DNA of 64,000 bases, from assembly GCA_965222375.1 (NCBI GenBank), contig CBDCTZ010000016.1:1280001-1344000 (forward strand), read 5' to 3'. Position numbers and translations under genes: made by a program. This document shows, one piece after another, positions 7,694-17,265 of this stretch (within the stretch, counting starts at the first letter, position 1; the number at the start of each line of letters is the position of its first letter). The notes beneath the pieces were generated by a model. The model had not been told where the DNA came from and made no database searches. It saw nothing but the letters and a program-made list of their open reading frames with translations. The DNA comes from Polyangiaceae bacterium (lineage in GTDB: Bacteria; Myxococcota_A; Polyangia; Polyangiales; Polyangiaceae).

Positions 7694-9625
7694 ATGCGGA
7701 CAGTACTCTTATCGGTCGCGTTGATCTCACTCACTAGTTGCGGCCCCGGTGCAGTCGGTGAAGCCGCCCGCCCGGAGGCTCCGACGGCGTCCGAGGCCCT
7801 GGAAGAGACTGCGGCAGCCTGTACAGGCGTAGGTGACTATGCCGAGCCACTGATCGTCGATTGGAGGAGCAAGGAACGCCTCGACCTCGAAGTCGCGATG
7901 AAGAACGCGGTGGCAGTCGTTGCGTATGATTGCAAGACGATCCGGGTTCTGAAGGACTGCAGTCTGGAAGGGTCCTACGAGTACGCTGGTGTGAGCCTGA
8001 AAGAAGACGTGGTCCAGCTCAAGAATGCCGATGAAGTTCGCGCGAACCTACCGCTCAGCGGCGTGACCCTGGGCGGTGAGTTGGAGCGCGACAGCTCGAT
8101 CGACATTGCGATGGTCATGGTTGGCAAGCGTGGCTCGACGGCAGGCCTCGTTTCCCGCGACCTGCTGAAGGGCAATTGTGAAGGGGCAACGCACTTGGTT
8201 CGCGGCGCGTACGTTGGCGCGTTTGCCATGGACCGTGGGAGCCGGGGCAAGGTGCGAGCGGTGGCCGAGGTATTCGGTGCCGGTGGTGAAGCCAAGAGTG
8301 AGAGTCAGAAGAAGGTCTCGAACAAGGACGGGGATATCTCCGCGTGCAAGAAGTCGAGCCCCTCTGCGGAGAAGCCACCCGAACAATGCCAGAGCGCGGT
8401 GCGTCTGGAACTAGCACCCATCGCTAGCGGGGATTCCGCGGAAGAGGCGAAGGGCCCAGCTGGCGAAACGCAAGCCGCGGCCAACACCTGCGGACCAGGG
8501 TTGGTCCGCTCGCAAGGGAAGTGCACGTCGGACAAGGGCGCGGCCTATCGCTGCAACCCGAAAGACGAAGCCGAGTGCCGCGCTCAGTGCGACAAGGGCG
8601 ACGGCTTTAGCTGCGATGCGGTGGGGGATTTGTTGAGCAAGGCAAATGACCCCAAGGCACTGGGTATGTACGACAAAGCTTGTGAGAGCGGATACGGGAT
8701 GGGCTGCATGACGGCTGCAATGGATCGCTTGCGTCAGCACGCCCAAAGCCCCAATGCCAAGTTGGTCGTAGAAGCAGAGAAGCAACTCGACAAGGGGTGC
8801 CTCGCCGGTGAAGGCTGGGTGTGCTGGAACACTGCGAGCTGGTACATGAAACCCGAATCCCTGAAGCCTCCCTTTGGACGGAACTTGGAAAAGGGCATCG
8901 AGCTGTTGGGTCGCGGTTGCTCTTTGGGCTACGCGCCGTCGTGCGCGTCCTTGGGCAAGGAATACGTCGAAGGCAAGAACACCAAGAAGAATGCGCAGCG
9001 TGGGATGGCGGTCCTGAAGCGCGCTTGCGACGGAGGCGACTGGAATAGCTGCGAGCGCATGGGCAACTACCTGCGCGACGGCAAGCAAGTCAAGAAAGAC
9101 GGGGCCGCCGCGGTCACCGCTTTCGGCCGTGCCTGCGCTTTCGGAGGTCTGCGGGCTTGTCACTCCGCAGGGCAGATGTACTTGAAGGGCAACGGTGTCG
9201 TCAAAGATGAAAAGCAGGGGCGATCGCTGCTCGAGCGTGGCTGCCCCACCAAGGGTCCGGCTGGAATCGACGCGTGCCGCGCCTTGGGTGAGATGTACGC
9301 GAAGGGCAGCAGCGGCGTGAAGAAGGACCTATCGCGAGCGGCTAGTTTCTATTCGCGTGGTGGGGACCACGCGAAGGCGGGCGCTCTCTACGAAAAAGGG
9401 GTGGACGGCAAACCCGATCTCGAAAAAGCCCTCGAGTCCTACAAGACGGGTTGCCAGCGAGGCGGGAGCGGCCAGGGGCGGCAAGCCTGCGCGAAAGCGG
9501 GCCGCATGCTCGAAAAGAAGGACAAAGCGCAGGCCAAGAAGTTCTACGCGGATCTGTGCGAGCGTTTGGGAAGTGTGGAAAAGCAGTACTGCGCGGCCCT
9601 CAAGCGGCTTGGCGGCAAGCCTTGA
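7694..9625 (+). CDS. Lipoprotein with uncharacterised N-terminal domain and Cys-containing Sel1-like (Hcp-type) repeats
   Basis: Lipobox SLTSC; repeats such as ACDGGDWNSCERMGNYLRDGKQVKKD. Confidence 0.85.
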   Translation: MRTVLLSVALISLTSCGPGAVGEAARPEAPTASEALEETAAACTGVGDYAEPLIVDWRSKERLDLEVAMKNAVAVVAYDCKTIRVLKDCSLEGSYEYAGVSLKEDVVQLKNADEVRANLPLSGVTLGGELERDSSIDIAMVMVGKRGSTAGLVSRDLLKGNCEGATHLVRGAYVGAFAMDRGSRGKVRAVAEVFGAGGEAKSESQKKVSNKDGDISACKKSSPSAEKPPEQCQSAVRLELAPIASGDSAEEAKGPAGETQAAANTCGPGLVRSQGKCTSDKGAAYRCNPKDEAECRAQCDKGDGFSCDAVGDLLSKANDPKALGMYDKACESGYGMGCMTAAMDRLRQHAQSPNAKLVVEAEKQLDKGCLAGEGWVCWNTASWYMKPESLKPPFGRNLEKGIELLGRGCSLGYAPSCASLGKEYVEGKNTKKNAQRGMAVLKRACDGGDWNSCERMGNYLRDGKQVKKDGAAAVTAFGRACAFGGLRACHSAGQMYLKGNGVVKDEKQGRSLLERGCPTKGPAGIDACRALGEMYAKGSSGVKKDLSRAASFYSRGGDHAKAGALYEKGVDGKPDLEKALESYKTGCQRGGSGQGRQACAKAGRMLEKKDKAQAKKFYADLCERLGSVEKQYCAALKRLGGKP

Positions 9626-9697
9626 AGTGATCCCCGGCGGTTCGTTGATTTCTTCGAATCATTTCCCAACTGGCCAGCGCGATCTAACCTTTCGGTC

Positions 9698-10453
9698 GTG
9701 AAGCTCGGCCGGGTGCTGCTAATCGAAGACGACGAATGGGTCGTCGCAACCACTGGCAAAGGGCTGCGCGATGCTGGCTACGAAGTGTCGGTTGTTGGTA
9801 CCGCCATGGAGGGCTACAAGCGGGCCGTTGCCGAGAACCCTGATTGTATCGTGTGCGACGTGCTGCTCCCCGACGTGGACGGCTACTACGTCGCGCGCAA
9901 AATTCGGACGGAGCCCTCTGCCGTCGCGACGACGCCGTTCCTCTTTCTGTCGGCGAGTGACGACCCCCGGGAGCGTTTGCAAGGGTTTCACGTTGGTGGC
10001 GATGCCCAATTGAAGAAGCCCTTCCGCCTGGAAGAGCTGGTGGCACAAGTCAATGCGTTGATCGAGATGGCGCAGCGCTTGCGGGAGGGGCGAGACTCGC
10101 TGAGAAGCGCACCGCCCTCGGGGCCCGTGGCGATTCGGGGCGATATCGCTCAGATGAGTGTGGCGACGGTGCTTTCCATCCTCGAGCTGGAGCGCAAGAG
10201 CGGACGGCTGCGGTTGAAGCGCGAAGATCGCCGCGCGGAAATTGCGGTCGGGGAAGGGATGATCGTCGACGTCAACGTCGACGGAGTGTCGTGGCCCACC
10301 ATGGCCGCTCTGGGCGAGGTGTTGCACTGGCCGGACGGCAGCTTCAGATTCACTCCGCGGGAAAATCTGGAGCCCACCTCCCGCCGGGACCCCATTGGAC
10401 CGTCCTTGCTCGAAGCCATGCGCCTCCAGGACGAGGCGGCTCAAAAGCGTTGA
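9698..10453 (+). CDS. Response regulator, REC + DUF4388-like domain
   Basis: LLIEDD, CDVLLPDVDG, KKPF; C-terminal RGDIAQMSVATVLSILELERKSGRL...WPDGSFRF. Confidence 0.9.
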   Translation: MKLGRVLLIEDDEWVVATTGKGLRDAGYEVSVVGTAMEGYKRAVAENPDCIVCDVLLPDVDGYYVARKIRTEPSAVATTPFLFLSASDDPRERLQGFHVGGDAQLKKPFRLEELVAQVNALIEMAQRLREGRDSLRSAPPSGPVAIRGDIAQMSVATVLSILELERKSGRLRLKREDRRAEIAVGEGMIVDVNVDGVSWPTMAALGEVLHWPDGSFRFTPRENLEPTSRRDPIGPSLLEAMRLQDEAAQKR

Positions 10454-10457
10454 CCCT

Positions 10458-12440
10458 TCACCACCTTCTGTAGGGAACTTTGTAGCCCGGGCGGCGATGA
10501 GTGTGGAGATCGAAGAACATCAACAGTGCCCCGAGCACTTCTTGACTCCTCGGATCGTCGCTCTTGAAAATGTTTTTCAGCTCTTTCGGGTCCTCGTTCA
10601 AGTTGTACAACTCGAGCGTGCGTCGGCGTGGGTCCTCGACGATCTTGTATCCGTCTGGAGTCACCAGCGCACGCTTTAATCGGCTTTCAGCCAAGATGGG
10701 ACGACTCAGACGGGGTGACTCGCCCTCGAGGAAAGGGACCAAGCTCTGCCCCATCATCGCTGACGGAGTCGCGAGCTGAAACAGATCTAGAACCGTTGGT
10801 CCGACATCTACCAACGATACGGCGGTCTCCACCATCCGGGGCGCTAGTCCTGGCCCGGCGATCAGCAGGGGCACACGCAGTAGTTCGTCGTAGAGGGTGG
10901 TGGCGTGGAATGTCATTCCATGTTCCCCGAACGCCTCTCCGTGGTCCGAGTACAGAATCCAGACTGCCCGCTTATCGAGCCCGCTCGCTTTCAGCGTTTC
11001 CTCGAGTCGACCGATTTCCGTGTCGACTAGTGCGAGCTCCTTCACGTACCCCAAGAACTTCGTCTTGGCTTTGCCGGCGCTGGTGTAGGGAGAGTGGGCG
11101 TCCAGACAGTGGACGTATAGGAAGAGTGGCCCGGCGCCGTGGTCGCGCAGCCGTTGGTTCAGAGGCCCCATGGCCGTGTGGGCGGAGGGGTACCCTGAGG
11201 TGCGGGCGCTCTGTTCTTCGGAGAAGCCCCGGACAATCGCGAACTCGTTGAGCAACCAACCCGCCGTATCGACGCTCACCGTGGGAATGCCCTTTGCGGA
11301 AAGCAGCTCCGGAAACCGCGGCGAAGGGTCTTCGTGGGGGAAGACCTCGGGTTTGCGCTTCTTGTACTGCGTCCAGTACAGCTGAGAGTAGTAGCGGCTA
11401 GAGAACAGCGACGCGATCGCGGGCGCGGTGGATGAACCGGCGGATCGAGCGTTTTTGAACCAAACGCCACGGTCTCGCAGGCGGAACATGTTGGGCAGCG
11501 ACTTCCGGTACTTCTCGTCCTCGAGTAGGTCCGCTCGCATGGAGTCCACACCGATCATCATGACAACGGCATCTTCCGGAATCACGCGCGCGTTTGGCTT
11601 GGTTGGGGCGACCCGGGAGCGATCCACGAACCACTCGCGCTGCTGAGCCGGAACACGAAAGGGTGTCGAAGCTTGTGGGCGAAACCGAGCCAGGAACGGC
11701 ATGAACGCTGCGGCGGGTTGATGAGCCATCTCTACGACCGTGGCGTTCGGGGGCCAGACGACGATACTCAGGGAACCGGAGATCCCGAGGATCACGAAAA
11801 CGAGTGCCCTCAGCCAGCCACGTTGGGATAGCGGTTTCGGCATTGGGGCGTCCGTGAGCACTCCCGCCAAAGCCACGGCGGCCCCGAGCAGCGTCCAGAG
11901 ATGGATACCTGGATATGCCAGCGGTAAGACCACGGCGTTGACCGCTAGTCCGACAATGGCAGCTGCCGCTGCCAAGAGCCGGAACGTCAAGCGCCTCGAG
12001 AGGCGTCCGGTGAGGTATGCGACGGGTATGAGTGCTGCGGGCACGAGCGTAACGAGGGTGGCGGCCAACCACACCGGTATTCGCCCCGACAGTCGCGCCA
12101 CCATGCCTTCGAGGTCTTCGCTCAGAACCGGAACGGCCACCGCCCAGGCCACGACCAATGAAAGGAGCGCGGGCAGGGCCCGACCCCTGAGCTTCAAAAG
12201 GCACCACAGCCAGATCAGGCCGCACAACAGCACACCCGCCGTAATCGCGTGCCCCGCAGAGAAGATCTGCACGTTTGCCCACGTGCGCCAAGTGGCCGTG
12301 CGCGGAAGTTGGTACGCCAGCAAGGCCGCGTGGACGAGTACCGCGACAGCCCACGCGGCCAGTTGTGCGGCCGCGGGCGATAGACCCCTGGGTGAAGCCG
12401 GAGCAGCTAGGTGAGCGCCGCTAACTGGAGATTCAGTCAT
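10458..12440 (-). CDS. Membrane-bound sulfatase/alkaline-phosphatase-superfamily protein (Thr at nucleophile position)
   Basis: Several N-terminal TM helices; GVDSMRAD, SSTAPA, SDHGE, HATTLYDELLRVPL. Confidence 0.85.
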   Translation of the reverse strand: MTESPVSGAHLAAPASPRGLSPAAAQLAAWAVAVLVHAALLAYQLPRTATWRTWANVQIFSAGHAITAGVLLCGLIWLWCLLKLRGRALPALLSLVVAWAVAVPVLSEDLEGMVARLSGRIPVWLAATLVTLVPAALIPVAYLTGRLSRRLTFRLLAAAAAIVGLAVNAVVLPLAYPGIHLWTLLGAAVALAGVLTDAPMPKPLSQRGWLRALVFVILGISGSLSIVVWPPNATVVEMAHQPAAAFMPFLARFRPQASTPFRVPAQQREWFVDRSRVAPTKPNARVIPEDAVVMMIGVDSMRADLLEDEKYRKSLPNMFRLRDRGVWFKNARSAGSSTAPAIASLFSSRYYSQLYWTQYKKRKPEVFPHEDPSPRFPELLSAKGIPTVSVDTAGWLLNEFAIVRGFSEEQSARTSGYPSAHTAMGPLNQRLRDHGAGPLFLYVHCLDAHSPYTSAGKAKTKFLGYVKELALVDTEIGRLEETLKASGLDKRAVWILYSDHGEAFGEHGMTFHATTLYDELLRVPLLIAGPGLAPRMVETAVSLVDVGPTVLDLFQLATPSAMMGQSLVPFLEGESPRLSRPILAESRLKRALVTPDGYKIVEDPRRRTLELYNLNEDPKELKNIFKSDDPRSQEVLGALLMFFDLHTHRRPGYKVPYRRW

Positions 12441-12561
12441 GGTCTAAGGTCATCCGCAAGTGCCATTTGGCTGTGCCGAGGAGCCTTGCGTTTCTCGCAC
12501 AGGGTTGCCGGAAAAGTCGAGAACTCGCGGCCTCGAGCCAGCGTGGTACCAATACGCCGCC

Positions 12562-13476
12562 GTGACTGGGGAGCCTTCCGATGAACCGCGTACTCGCCTC
12601 CTACTCGGGGTCCGCGTGGTCGTTGGAGCGCTCGCCGTTGGCTTCGTAGTTTGGACGTTCGCGCGCTTGGTCCGAAGCGTGGATCTTGCCACCCTGACGG
12701 TATCGTGGCCGTGGGCTGCAGCCTCCCTGCTGCCGCTGGTCGCTGGTGTGTACGTATTGGCGTATGGCTTTGCGCTACTGATCGCACGCGTGTCGCAGTC
12801 GGAGGTATCCATCCGCGCGGTCATGCACATGCAAATTGAGTCTCAGCTCGCTCGCTACACACCGGGTAAGGTTGGCGTGCCGCTCGTCCGGCTTGCGGCT
12901 GCACAGCAGCTAGGTGTTACCCGGCGGGCTATGGCCAGCGCCATGGGTATCGAGGCGCTGTGCTTCCTGGCCGTCGGCGGCGCGATGGGGCTGTCGGTGC
13001 TGATGCTGACCCGGCGTCACGCGCCCTCGACCGTTTCCATGCAGCTGGAGTGGCTCCTGCCCTTGGTTGTGGCGTTCGTCCTGGGCACCTTGGCTCTGGT
13101 GGTTCTCGATCGCCGTTTCTTCCCGACGCCGCTCATTCGCTTGCTGAAGGTGGAGGGAACCGGGCCGTTGGTCCCGCCGATGCTCTTGGCTGCACACGCC
13201 GCCTACTGGGTGACCTGGGGGTTGCATGGGTTGTGCATGAGTCATGCCGTCGGAGCAGAGTTTGGTGTCGCGTTGGCCAGTTCCGGTTTGTACCTGCTTG
13301 CGCCGATCGTGGGGTTCTTGGCCCTCGTGGCCCCTGCTGGCGCAGGCGTGCGAGAAGCGCTACTCACCGCCGGGCTCGCGCCCGCCGTTGGCGCGACGTC
13401 GGCCATTGCTGCGGCTGCGCTGTCCAGAATCGCGTCAGTGATTGCGGATTTTGGCTCGTGGTTGGCTAGCCGCTGA
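12562..13476 (+). CDS. Lysylphosphatidylglycerol-synthase-TM / flippase-like membrane protein
   Basis: Polytopic; SQLARYTPGKV and APAGAGVREA motifs; start uncertain (ORF opens at 12460). Confidence 0.75.
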   Translation: MTGEPSDEPRTRLLLGVRVVVGALAVGFVVWTFARLVRSVDLATLTVSWPWAAASLLPLVAGVYVLAYGFALLIARVSQSEVSIRAVMHMQIESQLARYTPGKVGVPLVRLAAAQQLGVTRRAMASAMGIEALCFLAVGGAMGLSVLMLTRRHAPSTVSMQLEWLLPLVVAFVLGTLALVVLDRRFFPTPLIRLLKVEGTGPLVPPMLLAAHAAYWVTWGLHGLCMSHAVGAEFGVALASSGLYLLAPIVGFLALVAPAGAGVREALLTAGLAPAVGATSAIAAAALSRIASVIADFGSWLASR

Positions 13477-13566
13477 GTTCTGAGCGGGACCGGCTTGCGA
13501 CGAGGTTGGTCGTTCAATTCGGCAATACTGACTCGTGCGGGCCGCGCGTGGTAAACGGCGGAAACC

Positions 13567-15849
13567 ATGGCGGACAGCGATGACCCGAATGTTGACAGCT
13601 CGGCGGAGGAGCCCGCGTCAACGCCCGCCGAGCCGTCCGGCGATGGAGCTAGCGGCGTGGCGGTGGACGCGGATGCGCCGACTGTGATGGATGGCCCCAC
13701 AGTTCCACCGGAGTCACCACCGAGCAACGTTGGTTCAGTTCCAGCTGCGGCATCCGGGGAGGCCGCAACTGAGCTGTCGCCGGGGGTTGCGGCTGGAGGC
13801 CCTGTCGCGGCATCGCCCGGCCTGGAAGAGACCAGCAGTGTTGGAGAAGAGGATCCGGCGGCCCGAAGTGCTCGAGAGCGCGGCGCCCGAGAGGCGCGAC
13901 GCAAACAGCGCTCTGAGAACCTCGCTGCGGTCGCGCGCAGCATCTCCTTGAGCGGGCTGATTGGAGTGAGCCTGACGGTCACTGTGCAGTTCTTGTACAA
14001 GGCCAATTGGCTGACACTGTTCATCACCCAGAACCAATTGCCCATGCCCCAGCGCATGCGGATGATCGTCAGCATGGGCATAGGCCTTGGCATCGGCGTG
14101 CTGTTCGGTGCCGTTGGCATGTTCATCGCGCGACGGCGAGGCGTGAGCTATCCGCACATTGAGCGAGTGTTTTGGTTTTTGAGTCCGCTGCTGCTGCTTC
14201 CGGCCTTCCCGCAGCTTTATCGTTGGAAGCCTTGGAAGGGCAAACACAACGACTTGATGCCAGTGCTGCTCTTCATCGCGTTGGTCGCGGAAGTACTGTT
14301 CGTCAAAGCCTTCGGAAACGTCCCTGAGCGCGTCGGGCGAGCGTGGGCCTTTTTGCGTGCCAGGGCCCCCGGCTTCTTCAAGAAACACGGGCCGATCATC
14401 ATCCTGCTCACGTGCATCACTGCGTACACGCTCTTCATGAGTTTCTACAACATGCGGTGGCACTACAAGATCCGCACGCACAACTTCGATCTGGCCATCG
14501 ACAACAACCTCATCTACTCGGCGTTGGAAGGGGGCCACATCGAGAGCACCGTCGTGGTCGGCAAGAATCCTGCTGCCTACCTCGGCGCCCACGCCAAGCT
14601 GGGTCAGTACGTTATTCTGCCGATCTACGCCCTCTATCCCAAGATCGAGACGTTGATAGTGCTGCAGTCCCTCTGTTTGGGTTTGGCAGCCCTTCCCTTG
14701 TACGCGTTTTCGCGCCAGTTCCTCCGGCCTTGGGTCGCTCTGGCGGTGGCCCTCGCGTACCTCTGCTACTTCCCGATGCACAGCGCAAACTTCACGGAAT
14801 CGAAGTACCTGTCGATTTGCATTGTCTTCCTCTTCGCCACTTATTGGGCGGCACTGCGTGGCCGGTGGGTGTGGCTATGCGTCTTCTTCGTATGTGCCGC
14901 GCTGATGCGCGAAGACGTGCCCATTGGTCTGGCAATTGGTGGCACCGTGCTCATCCTCAGTGGCAAGCGACCCGTCGCAGGCTTCATCATGGCGCTGGTC
15001 AGCACCGTTTGGTTCGTCATTTTGCGCTTCATCATCATGGAGCGCGCTGGCGACTGGTGGTTCCCCAGTATGTACAAAGGGCTGTTTGCCCCGGGACAGA
15101 CAGGCTTGGCTAGTGTAGCCAAGACGCTATTCACCAACCCGTTCTTTGTACTGGGCAAGATCATCACCAAAGCGAAGGTCTACTATCTGCTTCACCTTCT
15201 GGTGCCTCTAGCGTTTATTCCCGCGCGGCGCTGGTACCTGTGGGCTGCTTTCGTACCCGGGGCGATTTTGACGCTGTTGGTGACGGACTACAAACCAGTC
15301 TTCGGGTCCTCGTTCCAATACGTGATGCATTGGGTTCCCTATTTGTACCTCGCCGTACCCATCGGCTTGGCAGCACTTGAAAAGAGCGGTGGGGTAGCCA
15401 AGCTTCGGGGTGCGGTTGCGACGCTTCTTCTCGCGACTACTGTCACGAGCTATCACTATGGCGCGTTTGCAGCGCGCAATGGTTCAGTGCGCGGCGGCTA
15501 TCACTACATAAACTTCGACTTCACTCAGGCCGAACGGGAACGCTACGCTGCGCTAAAGGACGTCATTTCCGTCATTCCACCAAAGGCGAGCGTGGTCGCG
15601 ACGGAAACTGTTGGCCCCCACGTTTCCTCGCGTCGCTACATGTACGCAATGCGTCGCGGGCTGTATGGTGCGGAGTACATACTCGCGTCCCGCAGAGAGC
15701 TCGACTTCGAGTCAACGCGGAAGTTCTTCACGAAGGGAGTGAAAGGACGCGAGTACGGTGTGATCAAGCGGGCCGCGGACTTCGTCGTCTTGAAGAAGGG
15801 TCACGACACTTCCGGCAACGCAGACTTGATTCGGGACTGGAAGCTGTAG
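13567..15849 (+). CDS. DUF2079-like polytopic membrane protein (putative GT-C glycosyltransferase)
   Basis: NFDLAIDNN, LGAHAK, LIVLQSLCLGLAALPLY, MREDVP; acidic disordered N-terminus. Confidence 0.75.
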   Translation: MADSDDPNVDSSAEEPASTPAEPSGDGASGVAVDADAPTVMDGPTVPPESPPSNVGSVPAAASGEAATELSPGVAAGGPVAASPGLEETSSVGEEDPAARSARERGAREARRKQRSENLAAVARSISLSGLIGVSLTVTVQFLYKANWLTLFITQNQLPMPQRMRMIVSMGIGLGIGVLFGAVGMFIARRRGVSYPHIERVFWFLSPLLLLPAFPQLYRWKPWKGKHNDLMPVLLFIALVAEVLFVKAFGNVPERVGRAWAFLRARAPGFFKKHGPIIILLTCITAYTLFMSFYNMRWHYKIRTHNFDLAIDNNLIYSALEGGHIESTVVVGKNPAAYLGAHAKLGQYVILPIYALYPKIETLIVLQSLCLGLAALPLYAFSRQFLRPWVALAVALAYLCYFPMHSANFTESKYLSICIVFLFATYWAALRGRWVWLCVFFVCAALMREDVPIGLAIGGTVLILSGKRPVAGFIMALVSTVWFVILRFIIMERAGDWWFPSMYKGLFAPGQTGLASVAKTLFTNPFFVLGKIITKAKVYYLLHLLVPLAFIPARRWYLWAAFVPGAILTLLVTDYKPVFGSSFQYVMHWVPYLYLAVPIGLAALEKSGGVAKLRGAVATLLLATTVTSYHYGAFAARNGSVRGGYHYINFDFTQAERERYAALKDVISVIPPKASVVATETVGPHVSSRRYMYAMRRGLYGAEYILASRRELDFESTRKFFTKGVKGREYGVIKRAADFVVLKKGHDTSGNADLIRDWKL

Positions 15850-16635
15850 ATGCGGCGCATCATCAAGTTCGCGCTGCGAAAGGTCCCCAGGCACGTTCTG
15901 CATCGAATCGCGCCCCTGGCGGGTAGGCTCATCTCACCCGTACTGCGTGGTAACCGGTACGAAGATCCGTTCACGGGGATCACCTATCGCCGGTTGCTGC
16001 CCTACGGGAGGGTCTCGTCTCGGAACAACGCGCTGGCACCCGACTCCCTCTCCCTGGAGCGGCATCGACTGTTGTGGCTGTACTTGAAGCGCGAAACAGA
16101 CTTCTTTTCTAAAGATAGATCCGTCTTGCACATGGCACCTGAGGACTGCTTTCGTCAACGGTTCAGGCGTATGCCGAACCTGGACTACACGACGGCTGAT
16201 TTGAATTCTCCTTGGGCGGATATCCACTGCGACGTTTCGGAGTTGCCCTTCGAAGACGGGCGCTTCGATGTGGTGTTGTGCAACCACGTGCTCGAGCATG
16301 TCGAGGACGATGCCCGCGCGATGGCCGAGCTATTTCGAGTCATGCGGCCGGGGGGGTTTGGCATCTTCCAGGTGCCGATCGACCCCAAGTTGGCGACCAC
16401 GTTCGAAGATCCCAGCATCACCGATCCTGTCGAGCGAGAACGTCACTACGGGCAGAGCGACCACCTGCGGCAGTACGGGCGAGACTACGCAGACAAGCTC
16501 GCGTCGGTTGGTTTCAGAGTGGTTGAAAACGACTTCGCGAGCCGACTGCGGAATGACGAAGTCGAGCGCTACTGCGTGAGTCCCGACGAAGTTATCTACG
16601 TGGGGCACAAACCCAGTTCGGCGCGGGCGGCCTGA
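15850..16635 (+). CDS. Class I SAM-dependent methyltransferase
   Basis: VLHMAPE, LPFEDGRFDVVLCNHVLEHV, RVMRPGG; starts immediately after upstream stop. Confidence 0.85.
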   Translation: MRRIIKFALRKVPRHVLHRIAPLAGRLISPVLRGNRYEDPFTGITYRRLLPYGRVSSRNNALAPDSLSLERHRLLWLYLKRETDFFSKDRSVLHMAPEDCFRQRFRRMPNLDYTTADLNSPWADIHCDVSELPFEDGRFDVVLCNHVLEHVEDDARAMAELFRVMRPGGFGIFQVPIDPKLATTFEDPSITDPVERERHYGQSDHLRQYGRDYADKLASVGFRVVENDFASRLRNDEVERYCVSPDEVIYVGHKPSSARAA

Positions 16636-16644
16636 AGCTCGATG

Positions 16645-17265
16645 TCAGCGCTTGCGCACGTGCATCACAAAAGTCGGCGACAGGTGGGCAATGCCTCTAC
16701 GGATCTGACGGCGTATCAGCATGTAGGGGAAGTACCCATACAGCTCCGCGTCGGGCACCAGCTGTTCGATATCGGCTTGGTCGAAGAACTGTATGTGGTC
16801 TTTGCGCTGGATCCGCTGCGGCGTTAGGCCAAAAAGGGCGATCAATCGAAAAAGTAGTGCGTAGCTGTTGGGCGTCGTCATGATGATGTCCCCGCCTGGT
16901 TTCGTGACCCGGCGAAACTCCGAGACTGCAGTCCCCGGGGCGTGCAGATGCTCGATGACTTCTGAACTCCAAACCAAGTCAAAGCTCGCGTCGTCAAAGG
17001 GCAACCGTTCGTTGGCGTCGACGACCTGGCATTCCGGGAATAGGGACTCCACGTCAACGCTGGTGACCGTGTAGCCTCGCGCCTGTAGCCAACGTGTCTG
17101 GTTTCCTTCTCGCGCACCAACGTCCAGGGCGGTCTTGCCGTGGCCATCTGGGACCAGGTCGAGGGCGATCAACTTGCCTTTGGTCGTTGTGCTCAGGTTT
17201 CCCTGCCCGAGATCCAAAGGGATGTGCTTGAGGGCTTCGATCAGCCGCTCGCTAAGCTTCGACAT
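16645..17265 (-). CDS. Class I SAM-dependent methyltransferase
   Basis: ALDVGAREG, LPFDDASFDLVWSSEVIEHL, KPGG..TTPN; start overlaps the GT2 3' end. Confidence 0.88.
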   Translation of the reverse strand: MSKLSERLIEALKHIPLDLGQGNLSTTTKGKLIALDLVPDGHGKTALDVGAREGNQTRWLQARGYTVTSVDVESLFPECQVVDANERLPFDDASFDLVWSSEVIEHLHAPGTAVSEFRRVTKPGGDIIMTTPNSYALLFRLIALFGLTPQRIQRKDHIQFFDQADIEQLVPDAELYGYFPYMLIRRQIRRGIAHLSPTFVMHVRKR

